This document shows positions 52,156 to 64,000 of a DNA stretch of 64,000 nt, one piece after another (within the stretch, counting starts at the first letter, position 1; each line of letters opens with the position of its first letter). The notes under the pieces are model-generated. The model made no database searches, was not told the origin of the DNA, and was given only the letters and a program-made list of their open reading frames with translations. This DNA is from Octopus vulgaris. Its lineage: Eukaryota. Made by a program: the position numbers and the translations under genes. The stretch lies in contig OX597829.1 of NCBI GenBank assembly GCA_951406725.2, positions 49,848,001 through 49,912,000 of the forward strand. The letters are read 5' to 3'.

Positions 52156-52993
52156 GTAAGTGAGGAAGCTGAATTGGATGCTAGAATTACCATTACCAGA
52201 ACTGACAGCATAGTAATGCACCAGTTCCAATATTTGAACCTCAGAAGAGGAGGGGTTGGTAAAAATAAAAAGCCAAACTTTCTATCTTTAATTTGGTTTT
52301 TTGTGTCTATATTCACCTGTGATGATGAAAGATGGAGTAATGATTGGAGGTATGGTTATGATTTATTAAAGATTGCCTGATTGAATCTGTTGTTATCATA
52401 AACCTACAGACAAATTATTATTTGCATCTATTCTCTCAAATCTTGCTTCTTCCAACCCATCTAAATTGAACCGTCTACAAACAACTGTTCTTGTACAAAA
52501 CCCAATTTTTCAATTCTTTAACTAAGGGCAATTTACCAATGTGATGAACAAAATGTTAAATGTGAAAAGGTATAGATTACTCATTACTACCAAACTTTTA
52601 AGATATGTTTCTATCAACACATACACTCATTCCAAAATCCTGGCTGAAACAATGTTACCTTGCTCTCAAATGTTGTAAGGGGAACATTAACAATTCTACA
52701 GTGGCGGACAGCTCTTCATGAGAACAGCAAGGCACCAGACATCTCAGTCCTTTGTCATCTTCACAAAGCTCAGTATCCTGAGGCTGGCCTTCAGTAATTC
52801 GTCCCATGTCTTCCTGGGTCTTTCCCTTCCATGTGTTCCATCTGCTTTAGGTAATCAGCACTATTTTATGCAACTGCCCACTCCCATCTGCATCACATGA
52901 CCAAACCAGCTCAGTCGCCTCTCTTGCACATTACAACTAATTCCTCTTAAGCCTTCACATATCCTCTGCATTCAGGGCCCAAGTCTCAATACC

Positions 52994-53237
52994 TGTAGAC
53001 ACCCTCTGGTACCTATTTCTTTACTACCCACAAGGGGCTAAACACAGAGAGGACAAACAAGGACAGACAAACGGATTAAGTCAATTACATCGACCCCAGT
53101 GCGTAACTGGTACTTAATTAATCGACCCCGAAAGGATGAAAGGCAAAGTCGACCTCAGCGGAATTTGAACTCACAACGTAACGCAGACGAAATACCACTA
53201 AGCATTTCGCCTGGAGCGCTAACGTTTCTGCCTGTTC
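52994..53237 (-). mobile_element. S1 SINE with extra 3' segment, inserted in an RTE fragment
   Basis: TSD GCCCAAGTCTCAATACC at 52977-52993 / 53238-53254. Confidence 0.85.
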
Positions 53238-53261
53238 GCCCAAGTCTCAATACCATGTAGT

Positions 53262-53297
<36 letters not shown>

Positions 53298-53330
53298 TAT
53301 ATATAAAGAAAAAACACAAATGAGTTAAGA

Positions 53331-53413
53331 TTCACTACAGTTGTTTCATATGCATTTTTTTATTGATGAATAAACAAATAACATTATGAAAAAGAACATT
53401 TTCTTCAGGTGAA
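53331..53413 (-). ncRNA. Degenerate Penelope-type hammerhead motif with long loop II
   Basis: TTCAC-CTGAAGA-...-GAAA-CAACTG-TA-GTGAA; 5-bp stem I, eroded stem II. Confidence 0.55.
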
Positions 53414-53564
53414 TTAAAAACTTAAAATTTAATATTCAAAATTTGTTTCATAAAAAATATCAAGAAATGGAATGTGTGCTGATCCGCTCGTTTTGACAAC
53501 ATGTCAGAGAGTGTGCTTTGATTTGATATCGGTGGCAGTGGCATTTTATAATGCGTCTGATACT

Positions 53565-53968
53565 CTTACTCTTTACTGTTTTACTTGTTTCAGTCATTTG
53601 ACTGCAGCCATGCTGGAGCACCGCCTTTAATCGAGCAACTCGACCCCGGGACTTATTCTTTTGTAAGCCCAGTACTTATTCTATCAGTCTCTTTTGCCGA
53701 ACCGCTAAGTGACGGGGACGTAAACACACCAGTATCGGTTGTCAAGCAATGCTAGGGGGACAAACACAGACATACAAACATACACGCACACACATATATA
53801 TATACATATATATGACGGGTTTCTTTTAGTTTCCATCTACCAAATCCACTCACAAGGCTTTGGTCGGCCCGAGGCTATAGTAGAAGACACTTGCCCAAGG
53901 TGCCACGCAGTGGGACTGAACCCGGAACCATGTGGTTGGTTAGCAAGGTACTTACCACAAAGCCACTA
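53565..53968 (-). mobile_element. SINE family S2
   Basis: Reverse complement of the S2 consensus. Confidence 0.85.
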
Positions 53969-53969
53969 T

Positions 53970-54271
53970 GGTTTCTTCTTGACTACTTCTGCTCTCTCCC
54001 TGTTTACGTCTCTGATGACAAATGGGACCAATTTTTGCATGGAAGCGTCTGTTGCGAAGTTCACAAGGGATCCATGGTGGAGGCTTTCGTTGTTGCAGCC
54101 TTCATTTTCTTTCTTGTCGTTTCTCTTCTTCATTCCTCTGTCGGTCAGCTTTCAGAATGATCTGTTGTCAGAATGGAGAAGGAATGATACCAGCCGGGCC
54201 TGTCCTGAACTTCAATGTCTCAGGCTTTGGGATCGATTCTAGTCAGTTTTAGGCTTTGCTTCAGCTGATCC

Positions 54272-54273
<2 letters not shown>
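53970..54273 (-). mobile_element. RTE/BovB-like LINE C-terminal fragment
   Basis: KDQLKQSLKLTRIDPKA*...QDRPGW...EEKRQERK...IPCELRNRRFHAKIGPICHQR (decayed terminal zinc-finger pattern). Confidence 0.7.
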
Positions 54274-54312
<39 letters not shown>

Positions 54313-54444
54313 AGGGTGTGTGTGTGTATAAATGCGTGCTTGAGGTGTGTGTTTGAGGGTGTGTGTGTTTGTGTGAGGGTGTGTGTGTGTATAAATGTGT
54401 GCGTGCGTGAGGTGTGTGTGTGTGTGCATGTGTGTGTGTGCGTG

Positions 54445-54530
<86 letters not shown>

Positions 54531-54934
54531 TTGCGCGCGCGCGTTCAGCCACAAGATTTGCTCCTGAATTAAATTTATTGGAAATTTTCCTTTCCTTCAA
54601 CACGATATATAAGTGAAGTGACTGTATTCAAGGGAGATAACAATATAATTCAAACAATTTCAAAACCTTAGAAATTGCCCAACAAAGAGGGTTATCTCCC
54701 TTGCAGTCATTTTCTGTCGCAATGCATTAATAAAGGTGAATGTAACAGCGTAATGAGGATGGTGGGGGAGAGAATGAAGTTATTTCCCTTCACTTTCAAA
54801 TCCCGACCAGGTACGCTTTGATATTGCAGACAGGTAGGTTCATACTGCGGAAGAATTGATTTAATCAGCTGCATTTACCTAAAAAAAAAAAAAGAAATAA
54901 AAGAAAACAAAATTTGCACCCTCTCTCTTTTTTT

Positions 54935-55154
54935 TTTACTCTTTTACCTGTTTCAGTCATTTGACTGCGTCCATGCTGGAGCACCGCCTTTAATCGAGCA
55001 ACTCGACCCCGGGACTTATTCTTTTGTAAGCCTAGTACTTATTCTATCGGTCTCTTTTGCCGAACCGCTAAGTAACGGGGACGTAAACACACCAGCATCG
55101 GTTGTCAAGCAATGCTAGGGGGACAAACACAGACACACAAACACACACACATAC

Positions 55155-55185
<31 letters not shown>

Positions 55186-55350
55186 CGACAGGCTTCTTTC
55201 AGTTTCCGTCTACCAAATCCACTCACAAGGCTTCGGTCGGCCCGAGGCTATAGCAGAAGACACTTGCCCAAGATGCCACGCAGTGGGACTGAACCAGGAA
55301 CCATGTGGTTGATTAGCAAGCTACTTACCACACAGCCACTCCTGCGCCTA
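54935..55350 (-). mobile_element. SINE family S2, full length, young
   Basis: Near-consensus copy from GGCGCAGGAGTGGCTGTGTGG to tail. Confidence 0.9.
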
Positions 55351-55425
55351 CTGGAGATCAATATAATTTTAAGTGCAAACAATTTCTCGAGGCTTTTCCA
55401 CACTTTCTCACTGACGTATGCGTTG

Positions 55426-55427
<2 letters not shown>

Positions 55428-55470
<43 letters not shown>

Positions 55471-55564
55471 TACACACATAAACACAAACACACACACACA
55501 CACACTCACACAAACACACCACAGTGCTGTCTTCACATATATATATGTGTATTACCAAAACCGC

Positions 55565-55612
<48 letters not shown>

Positions 55613-55747
55613 ACACACATAAACACAAACACACACACACACACACACACACTTACACACATAAACACAAACACACACACACACACACTCACACAAACAC
55701 ACCACACAGTGCTGTCTTCACATATATATGTGTATTACCAAAACCGC

Positions 55748-55786
<39 letters not shown>

Positions 55787-55858
55787 TACACACACACTCA
55801 CACAAACACACCACACAGTGCTGTCTTCACATATATATATGTGTATTACCAAAACCGC

Positions 55859-55897
<39 letters not shown>

Positions 55898-55969
55898 TAC
55901 ACACACACTCACACAAACACACCACACAGTGCTGTCTTCACATATATATATGTGTATTACCAAAACCGC

Positions 55970-56057
<88 letters not shown>

Positions 56058-56112
56058 CACAGTGCTGTCTTCACACATATATATGTGCATTACCAAAACC
56101 GCTTACATTCAA

Positions 56113-56135
<23 letters not shown>
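55428..56135. repeat. Composite minisatellite, five units of a ~47-bp core separated by variable (CA)n
   Basis: ACAGTGCTGTCTTCACATATATATGTGTATTACCAAAACCGCTTAC at ~55521, 55706, 55815, 55926, 56059. Confidence 0.92.
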
Positions 56136-56142
<7 letters not shown>

Positions 56143-56143
<1 letters not shown>

Positions 56144-56338
56144 AAGTTAATCCAAATATGAAAACACAAAGGGAAAACACAATAACGCGAGGACGTGGAA
56201 CAAATATAGAATTATTGGACGCTCGGGAAGGAAGGCATGAAGGAGGGTTTTACGTTTCGAGCGGAGCTCTTCGTCAGAATCATAGGAGAAGGAAAGATCC
56301 AGAGAAGGGAAGACAGATGGAAAAAAATCGCCAACGGT

Positions 56339-56339
<1 letters not shown>
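56143..56339 (-). mobile_element. Penelope-like pLTR fragment, family B, with canonical-core hammerhead at 56247-56281
   Basis: GATT-CTGACGA-A-GAGCTCCGCTC-GAAA-CGTA-AAAC. Confidence 0.72.
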
Positions 56340-56376
<37 letters not shown>

Positions 56377-56697
56377 TATATTAAATTAGAGATAAAACCA
56401 CTATTAGGCAAATCAAACAATGAAAAACTTAAACCAATACATAAAATTAATTAATTTATATTATTTTAAATATATATATCAAAAGTATTAAAAGTTTAAT
56501 AAAAGATAATATATATATAGGCAGGAGAGTGACTGTGTGGTAAGTAGCTTGCTTACCAACTACATGGTTCTGGGTTCAATTCCACTGCATGGCACCTTGG
56601 GCAAATGCCTTCAACTGTAGCCTTGAGTTGACCAAAGCCGTCTGAGTGGATTTGGTAGTCAGTAACTGAAAGACGTCTGACATATATATATATATAT

Positions 56698-56930
56698 AAG
56701 GCGGCGAGCTGGTAGAAACGTTAGCACGCCGGGCGAAATTCGTAGCCGTATTTCGTCTGCCGTTACGTTCTGAGTTCAAATTCCACCGAGGTCGACTTTG
56801 CTTTTCATCCTTTCGGGGTCGATAAATTAAGTACCAGTTACGCACTGGGGTCGATGTAGTCGACTTAATCCCTTTGTCTGTCCTTGTTTGTCCCCTCTGT
56901 GTTTAGCCCCTTGTGGGTAGTAAAGAAATA
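56698..56930 (+). mobile_element. SINE family S1, full length
   Basis: Near-consensus copy between (TA)n runs. Confidence 0.9.
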
Positions 56931-56943
56931 TATATATATATAT

Positions 56944-57035
56944 ATACTACAAAATTAGAGAATGGAGAAACATACTTAAATCAGTAAAACATCAATGATT
57001 TAAGTATGTTTCTCCATTCTCTAATTTTGTAGTAT
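56944..57035. repeat. Perfect 40-bp-arm hairpin
   Basis: 56944-56983 is the exact reverse complement of 56996-57035. Confidence 0.9.
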
Positions 57036-57199
57036 TAATTTACGGTAATATTATTACCTTTACCCATTTAATACAATAGATGAACTGATTGTTTGACAAT
57101 TTTTAACATCTATGTATTAATTTTGTTGGGTACCTATCTAGCAGTATATTGGATATATATTATCCCATGGTGGGTTGAATTTTCAACCCCTATCTCATT

Positions 57200-57282
<83 letters not shown>

Positions 57283-57448
57283 CAAAATGAGAAAATGGAG
57301 AAACATACCTAAATCAATCATCAACCATCAGATAATACCCAATCAATACTTTATTAAACCATTACACAACAGCAAAGACATTATACATAATATATTACAA
57401 ATATAACTAGACATAGAAATATAAATAGAAAGTACAATTACATTGTAG

Positions 57449-57557
57449 CTGACAGCTGTTTCGGCCGTGAAGACAGGTATGTCCCATTTAACCTATTAGC
57501 CATATAAAGCAGGTATAAATGGGACATTAACAAGAATGTCTCACGGCCTCTTCAGAG
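57449..57557 (-). ncRNA. Hammerhead ribozyme motif with very long stem II (family F)
   Basis: CT-CTGAAGA-GGCCGTGA...TCACGGCC-GAAA-CAGCTG-TC-AG; palindromic ACAGCTGT, GUC triplet. Confidence 0.75.
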
Positions 57558-58134
57558 AATTTAATGTAAGTATGAAAAACATTTACATATAAATATAAGA
57601 ATGTGTGCATAGACACTCATAATTCTACACATATATATATACACAATAATACAATATAAACAATATGTATCAATATACATTAACAAACACAATAATGTTC
57701 CATATTAAACTCATTGTTCTATAACCAACATCAAGGAAATACATGTACACTCACATTTAAATTCAAAGCAGGCATATATATTTAACAATCCAGTCTATTA
57801 AAATGTATAACCACACAAAAAGTCAATAAAATTAATATTAATATTAATAATAATAATAATAACAAGCATGATTGTACCATGTAAAGCAAGCGGACATCCA
57901 CATATATACTCAATAAGTCACTTTTCTTTTATTTGTTTCAGTCATTTGACTGCAGCCATGCTGGAACACTGCCTTTAGTCAAACAAATCGACCCTAGGAC
58001 TTATTCTTTGTAAGCCTAGTACTTATTCTATTGGTTACCTTTACCAAACTGCTAAGTTTCAGGGATGTAAACACACCAACAACAGTTGTCAAGCGATGAT
58101 GGAGTGGGGAGATAAACAAAGACACATATATATA

Positions 58135-58187
<53 letters not shown>

Positions 58188-58330
58188 TTGAGGGAGATAA
58201 ATTAATATTAATTTTAATATCAATTTAAAACCAGTAGTCCAGCATTCAAAAAATCTGAGGAGTCAGAGAAAATTCAAATATATGTGTATATTGGCCGGCT
58301 ACCTAGCAGGCCAGCCCTGCCAATATACAC

Positions 58331-58386
<56 letters not shown>

Positions 58387-58567
58387 CTGTGTGTATGTGT
58401 GTGTGTGTGTGTGCGTGTGTGTGTGTGTGTGTGTGTGATTATTCAGTTTTATTTCATGATTTCTTGCCAGTAGAGAAAGCATTGGTTACTAACCTAGATC
58501 CAAGGCTCCTTCATTGGAATTCCAACATCAACAACAGGGTATTTTTGTATGTATGTATGTATGTATG

Positions 58568-58599
<32 letters not shown>

Positions 58600-58759
58600 C
58601 ATGCATGCATGCATGTATGTATGCATGCATGCATGTATGTGTATGTGTGTGTGCATGTATGTATATGTGCAGATTTGTATGTTTTGATTTACATATGTAT
58701 TCTCATGCATATAGTGAGATATCTAGACATGCTCATATATATTTAAATGATAAACGTCT

Positions 58760-60375
58760 GTAAAGTTTTACAGATTTTAACAGTTCCAGTGATGGATTGG
58801 ATCTGTAGTCTTCGAATCAGTTTTCTCCTTTCTGGTTTTAAGAAGCCTAATTTTTCAAGATTACTATTTAGGCAGTGTGTTACATATCCCAAGGCCCCAA
58901 TAATTACAGGTATAAAGCTGAAGTTGTAATCTGGATAGAGTAATGCAGATTTCTCAATAATTCAGCAGAGACGATCTCTTTTTCACTGATCTTCAGCTTT
59001 ACGTTAACATCCACTGAGCAGCTAATTTCCACAACTGTACACAGTTTCTCTTCTCTGCCCCAAATCATTATATCAGGTCCTTTGTGCTTACATGTCATTG
59101 AGGTCTTCACTGGAACATTCCACCAGTACTCCTTTTTATTATGTGTGGCTATGGCTTCTACCATACTGTCAGTTCTTATTTCTTTTTCTCTGGGTTATCC
59201 TTTTAACGGATCTTATTATATAATTTCCTAGCTACAACATCATATCTCATTCGTAGATAATACTGTGATTATATTTTTGGACAACTACTTATAATGTGGG
59301 TGGTATTTTCGGTGCTAACTCCACAAAGTCTGCATCGGTTGTCACATTTTACCATTTTCCTGCATCCCTGTCCCTTTTGTGCATCAGGTATTTTGTTGAT
59401 ATTTCCTCTTCCTGGATAGCAAATGCATACTCTCAAAGTGGGAGTTAATAATCTGGTTATTGGTCTATGGTGGAGGCGCAATGGCCCAGTGGTTAGGGCA
59501 GCGGACTCGCGGTCGTAGGATCGCGGTTTCGATTCCCCGACCGGGCGTTGTGAGTGTTTATTGAGCGAAAACACCTAAAGCTCCACGAGGCTCCAGCAGG
59601 GGATGGTGGTGATCCCTGCTGTACTCTTTCACCACAACTTTCTCTCACTCTTAATTCCTGTTTCTGTTGTACCTGTATTTCAAAGGGCCGGCCTTGTCAC
59701 TCTCTGTGTCACGCTGAATATCCCCGAGAACTACGTTAAGGGTACACGTGTCTGTGGAGTGCTCACCCACTTACACGTTAATTTCACAAGCAGGCTGTTC
59801 CGTTGATTGGATCAACCGGAACCCTTGTCGTCAGAACCGACGGAGTGCTTCCATAACATATTGGTCTATGATAGACTGCTTTGATGATCGATGTTACTAT
59901 CATCTCAGAGCTTTCTACTAACATATCCATGCTTAGACTTTTGCTCATATAGGCTCATCCTCTCATATGATATGTTGCGGTAGAGTCGTGTGACCTCTTT
60001 GGGCATGTATTTAAGTCTATCAGACAAGGAATGCTCTCAAGGTGCTGCCTTCCAAGTCTTATGATGCTATCTACCTTTGCCAAGGGTTAAAAGATGTTGC
60101 CAAAGAGATACAATACAACATTGAAAGGCAATTTTGGATCAATGTTAAGCCTCTGCCGCCTTGTTTTCATTTTAAGCAGAGGTGGTCTATGTCACTGTTT
60201 ATGTGGAAATTATGGGTGCTTGTTGGTATATTTCGGGTTTTCACATCAATGGCTTGGATCTCATCAAGTGTCCAATCAAGCAGCCCAAATGTTGGTATGA
60301 GTACTGGCATTGCAGACATATTGTGGGTCACTGTTTTATTTAATGCATAGAGTTCCAAGGTTCAAATTTCTTTAT
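58760..60375 (-). mobile_element. Decayed non-LTR retrotransposon with restriction-like endonuclease (R4/Dong-like)
   Basis: CRLCGVSTENTTHIISSCPK (CCHC knuckle), RYDVVA (RHD-like), PDIMIW...VVEIS...EKE (PD-(D/E) REL), PVIIGALG; upstream MPVLIPTFGLLDWT..IDVKTR. Confidence 0.85.
59470..59858 (+). mobile_element. Young tRNA-derived SINE, family S3, nested in the R4-like element
   Basis: TSD TATTGGTCTATG at 59458-59469 / 59859-59870; A- and B-boxes. Confidence 0.92.
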
Positions 60376-61278
60376 TTACCTGTTATATTCTTTTGTGTCA
60401 CATGTTTTGTTACAGGTGCCATTGTATGTATGTATGTGTGTGTATATATGTATGTACATATATATATGTACTAATGTGTATGTATGCAGGTATATATATA
60501 TTTGTATGCAGGTATGTGTGTGTATGTATATACACACACATTGAAATGGAGTGTTTTGCTGGAGAACACAATGAACTGCTTGTCTGAGAATCAAAACTAC
60601 AAACTCACTATCATGAATGCAGCACTTATTTGCCCTTTGCCCTTTTCCCTTTTAGGGTCAATAAAATAAGTACCAGGTGACCACTGGGGTTAATGAAATC
60701 GACTTAGCCCTACCCCAAAATTATTGATCTTGTGCCGATGATTTCTTATTAAGGTGATGAGCTGGCAGAATCATAACTATGAGGGACAAAATGCTCAGTG
60801 GAATATCTTCAGAATGCTTGGTAGAATTTCGGTGCAGGCTCTGAATTCTATTGAAATTTTCAAAAGAACTTAAAAAAAAACATCCTTGTATTCTAGTACA
60901 AATGCACCATATTGACTTGTAAAGCATTTAATATACTTGTAGTGTATTGTCGTTACAAAATGAAATATTGTGTCCTTGCTAACAATTAATATTTATGTAC
61001 CTGCTACAAGGAATGTGGTTTATACGTAAATTGGTCTATTCAATTGTGTTATGCTTTGTTGGTAATTAAGAAGTGCTGATCTCTAACTGTGGAGGGAACT
61101 TGTTGTAGAGGTAGACCCAGGAACATGTGTGATGAGGTGGTGAAGCATGACCTTCAAACTTTGAACCTCACAGAGGCAATGATTAGTGACCGAGACCTTT
61201 GGCGATGTACTCTGTTTAAGAGGACCCATCAAGGCAAGTACACCAGTGTTGGTGGCAGGTAAGAAAATCAACCTTTGA

Positions 61279-61510
61279 ATGTTGGGCCTCACGGAGGCAA
61301 AGTGGCTGAGTTCCTTTGGAGCATTGGGCCTCACGGAGGTGAGGTGGCTTAGTTCCTTTCAAGTGTTGGGCCTCTTCAAGGCAAAGTGGGTGAGTTCCTT
61401 TAGACTGTTGGGCCACATGGAGTCGAGTTGGCTGAGTTCCTTTGAGCATTGGGCCTCATGAAGGCAAAGTGGCAGAGCTCCTTTTGAGCGTTGGGCCTCA
61501 CGGAAGCAAT
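61279..61510 (+). repeat. 42-bp tandem repeat (~5.5 units) derived from an RTE 3' end
   Basis: TTGGGCCTCACGGAGGCAAAGTGGCTGAGTTCCTTT recurring with 41-42 bp period. Confidence 0.88.
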
Positions 61511-61782
61511 CACCAAGACCTTTGGCATTATGTCGTGCTTGAGAAGAAGACCCATCAAGCCAAGCAAAATCACAGTCATGGCAGATGCCAGTGTCACGCA
61601 AATAGTACCTGTGCTGGTGGCATGTAAAAGCACCTATTACACTCTCGGAGTGGTTGGCATTAGGAAGGGCATCCAACCATAGAAAACCATGCCAAATCAG
61701 ACTGGGGTTTGGTGCAGCCTTCCAGTGTGCCAGCCCAGACAAAAACCGTCTAACCCATACCAGCATGGTCAATGGACATTAA

Positions 61783-62017
61783 ATGATGATGATGGTGGTG
61801 GTGGTGGTGGTGGTGGTGTGGTGGTGGTGGTGGTGATGGTGGTGGTGATGGTGATGGTGATGGTGGTGGTGGTGGTGGTAATGGTGGTGGTGATGGTGAT
61901 GGTGATGGTGGTGGTGATGGTGGTGGTGGTGATGGTGGTGGTGGTGATGGTGATGGTGGTGATGGTGGTGGTGATGGTGGTGGTGGTGGTGGTGGTGGTG
62001 GTGGTGGTGATGATGAT
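61783..62017. repeat. (GGT/GAT)n tract
   Basis: Direct reading. Confidence 0.95.
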
Positions 62018-62439
62018 TCAATGACAGTTGGTTAGTTGGCTATGCTGCTGATGTAAATGCAATAACTCTTGAAATATGGATATACACTGATTATCTCTGT
62101 TTTCTATCTTTGCATTGTTTATCATAGGTATATTCATATACAAAACATCATACCAGTTCTGGCGCTGGATTCTATATGATATGAAGTCTATAGTGATAAA
62201 CTTAAAAATGGGAACTTTGCACTACTAACACAAAAGTAAGCACAGTATTGACTTGTAAACCTTTAATCTATTTTATAGTATATTAGGGTGGCTAAACAAA
62301 ATACTGTGTCTTTGCTAGCAATTAATAGTTGTTATAATTGTTATCATTCGTTACAACAATGTTTTCTTTTGTGACTAATTGAACAAATTCTCTAAATCTC
62401 TTTATTTTTAAAGAGAGATAAGTTATATGTCCTAATTCA

Positions 62440-64000
62440 AATATGCATATGCATATGTATGTATGTATGTATGTATGTATGTTATGTGTATGTGTATGTG
62501 TATGTGTGTATGCATGTGTGTGCTAGTGTGCATCCACATGTGCATGCATACGTATATGTGTTTGTAAATGTGCACGTGTTTAAGTATGTATTTGTGAAAA
62601 TGTCAGTGTATGTATTATGTATGTATATAAGTATGTATATATGTGTGTATGTATGTACGTATATGTATGTGTGTATGTATGTATGTATGTGCATATGTAT
62701 GTATGTGCGTATGTATGTATGTGTGTGTGTATGTATGTATGTATGTATGTATGTGTGTGTGTATGTATGTATGTATGTATGTATGTATGTATGTATGTAT
62801 GTATGTATGTATGTATGTATGTATGTATGTATGTATGTATGTATGTATGTATGTATGTATGTATGTATGTATGTGTGTATGTATGTATGTATGTATGTAT
62901 GTATGTATGTATGTATGTATGTATGTATGTGTGTGTATGTATGTATGTATGTATGTACGTATGTATGTATGTATGTATGTATGTATGTATGTATGTATGT
63001 ATGTATGTATGTATGTATGTATGTATGTATGTATGTATGTATGTATGTATGTATGTATGTATGTATGTATGTATGTATGTATGTATGTATGTATGTATGT
63101 ATGTATGTATGTATGTATGTATGTGTATGTATGTATGTATGTATGTATGTATGTATGTGTGCGTATGTATGTATGTATGTATGTATGTATGTATGTATGT
63201 ATGTATGTATGTATGTATGTATGTGTGTGTGTATGTATGTATGTATGTATGTATGTATGTATGTATGTATGTATGTATGTATGTATGTATGTATGTATGT
63301 ATGTATGTATGTATGTATGTATGTATGTACGTATGTATGTATGTATGTATGTATGTATGTATGTATGTATGTATGTATGTATGTATGTATGTATGTATGT
63401 ATGTATGTATGTATGTGTGTATGTATGTATGTATGTATGTATGTATGTATGTATGTATGTATGTATGTATGTATGTATGTGTGTGTATGTATGTATGTAT
63501 GTATGTATGTGTGTATGTATGTATGTATGTATGTGTGTGTGTGTATGTATGTATGTATGTATGTATGTGTGTGTATGTATGTATGTATGTGTGTATGTAT
63601 GTATGTATGTATGTATGTGTGTATGTATGTATGTATGTATGTATGTATGTATGTATGTATGTATGTATGTATGTATGTATGTATGTATGTATGTATGTAT
63701 GTACGTATGTATGTATGTGTATGTATGTATGTATGTATGTATGTGTATGTATGTATGTATGTGTGTATGTATGTGTGTATGTATGTATGTATGTATGTGT
63801 GTGTGTATGTATGTATGTATGTATGTATGTATGTGTGTATGTATGTATGTATGTATGTATGTGTGTGTGTATGTATGTATGTGTGTATGTATGTATGTGT
63901 GTGTATGTATGTATGTATGTATGTACGTATGTATGTATGTATGTGTGTATGTATGTATGTGTGTATGTATGTATGTATGTATGTATGTATGTATGTATGT
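62440..64000. repeat. Long (TATG)n microsatellite, >1.5 kb, running off the window
   Basis: Direct reading. Confidence 0.97.

Noticed and set aside
53970-54273. Host gene exon
   Set aside because: Minus-strand translation matches an RTE/BovB-like C-terminus with stops
55102-56454. 450-aa ORF
   Set aside because: Chance read-through of an antisense S2 SINE, a (CA)n minisatellite and a pLTR fragment; no coding signature
59470-59550. Functional tRNA gene
   Set aside because: Head of SINE S3, with TSD and a second copy at 25285-25364

Overview
Repeat-saturated, AT-rich animal genomic DNA, probably intergenic or intronic. The SINE, RTE and microsatellite repertoire suggests a coleoid cephalopod (Octopus-like); this is an inference. 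I recognise no intact, identifiable host protein-coding gene, and nearly all ORFs in the track are microsatellite or SINE translations. The window holds decayed mariner transposons and MITEs, piggyBac- and hAT-type MITEs, a non-autonomous Helitron, RTE-clade and R4/Dong-like LINE remnants, and at least three tRNA-headed SINE families. Three things stand out. (1) At least six distinct sequence types of minimal type-I hammerhead ribozyme motif lie in Penelope-like pseudo-LTR fragments, mostly as long inverted repeats, some with TSDs; one family reconstructs to a G3-C8 swapped core (GUGAACA) and two have a CCGANGA core. (2) One Penelope element carries a tRNA-like Pol III promoter between its GIY-YIG C-terminus and its hammerhead. 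(3) A U6 snRNA-SINE chimeric retrocopy with a 16-bp TSD sits inside a mariner terminal repeat. A few splice-flanked unique segments may be exons of unidentified transcripts (low confidence).
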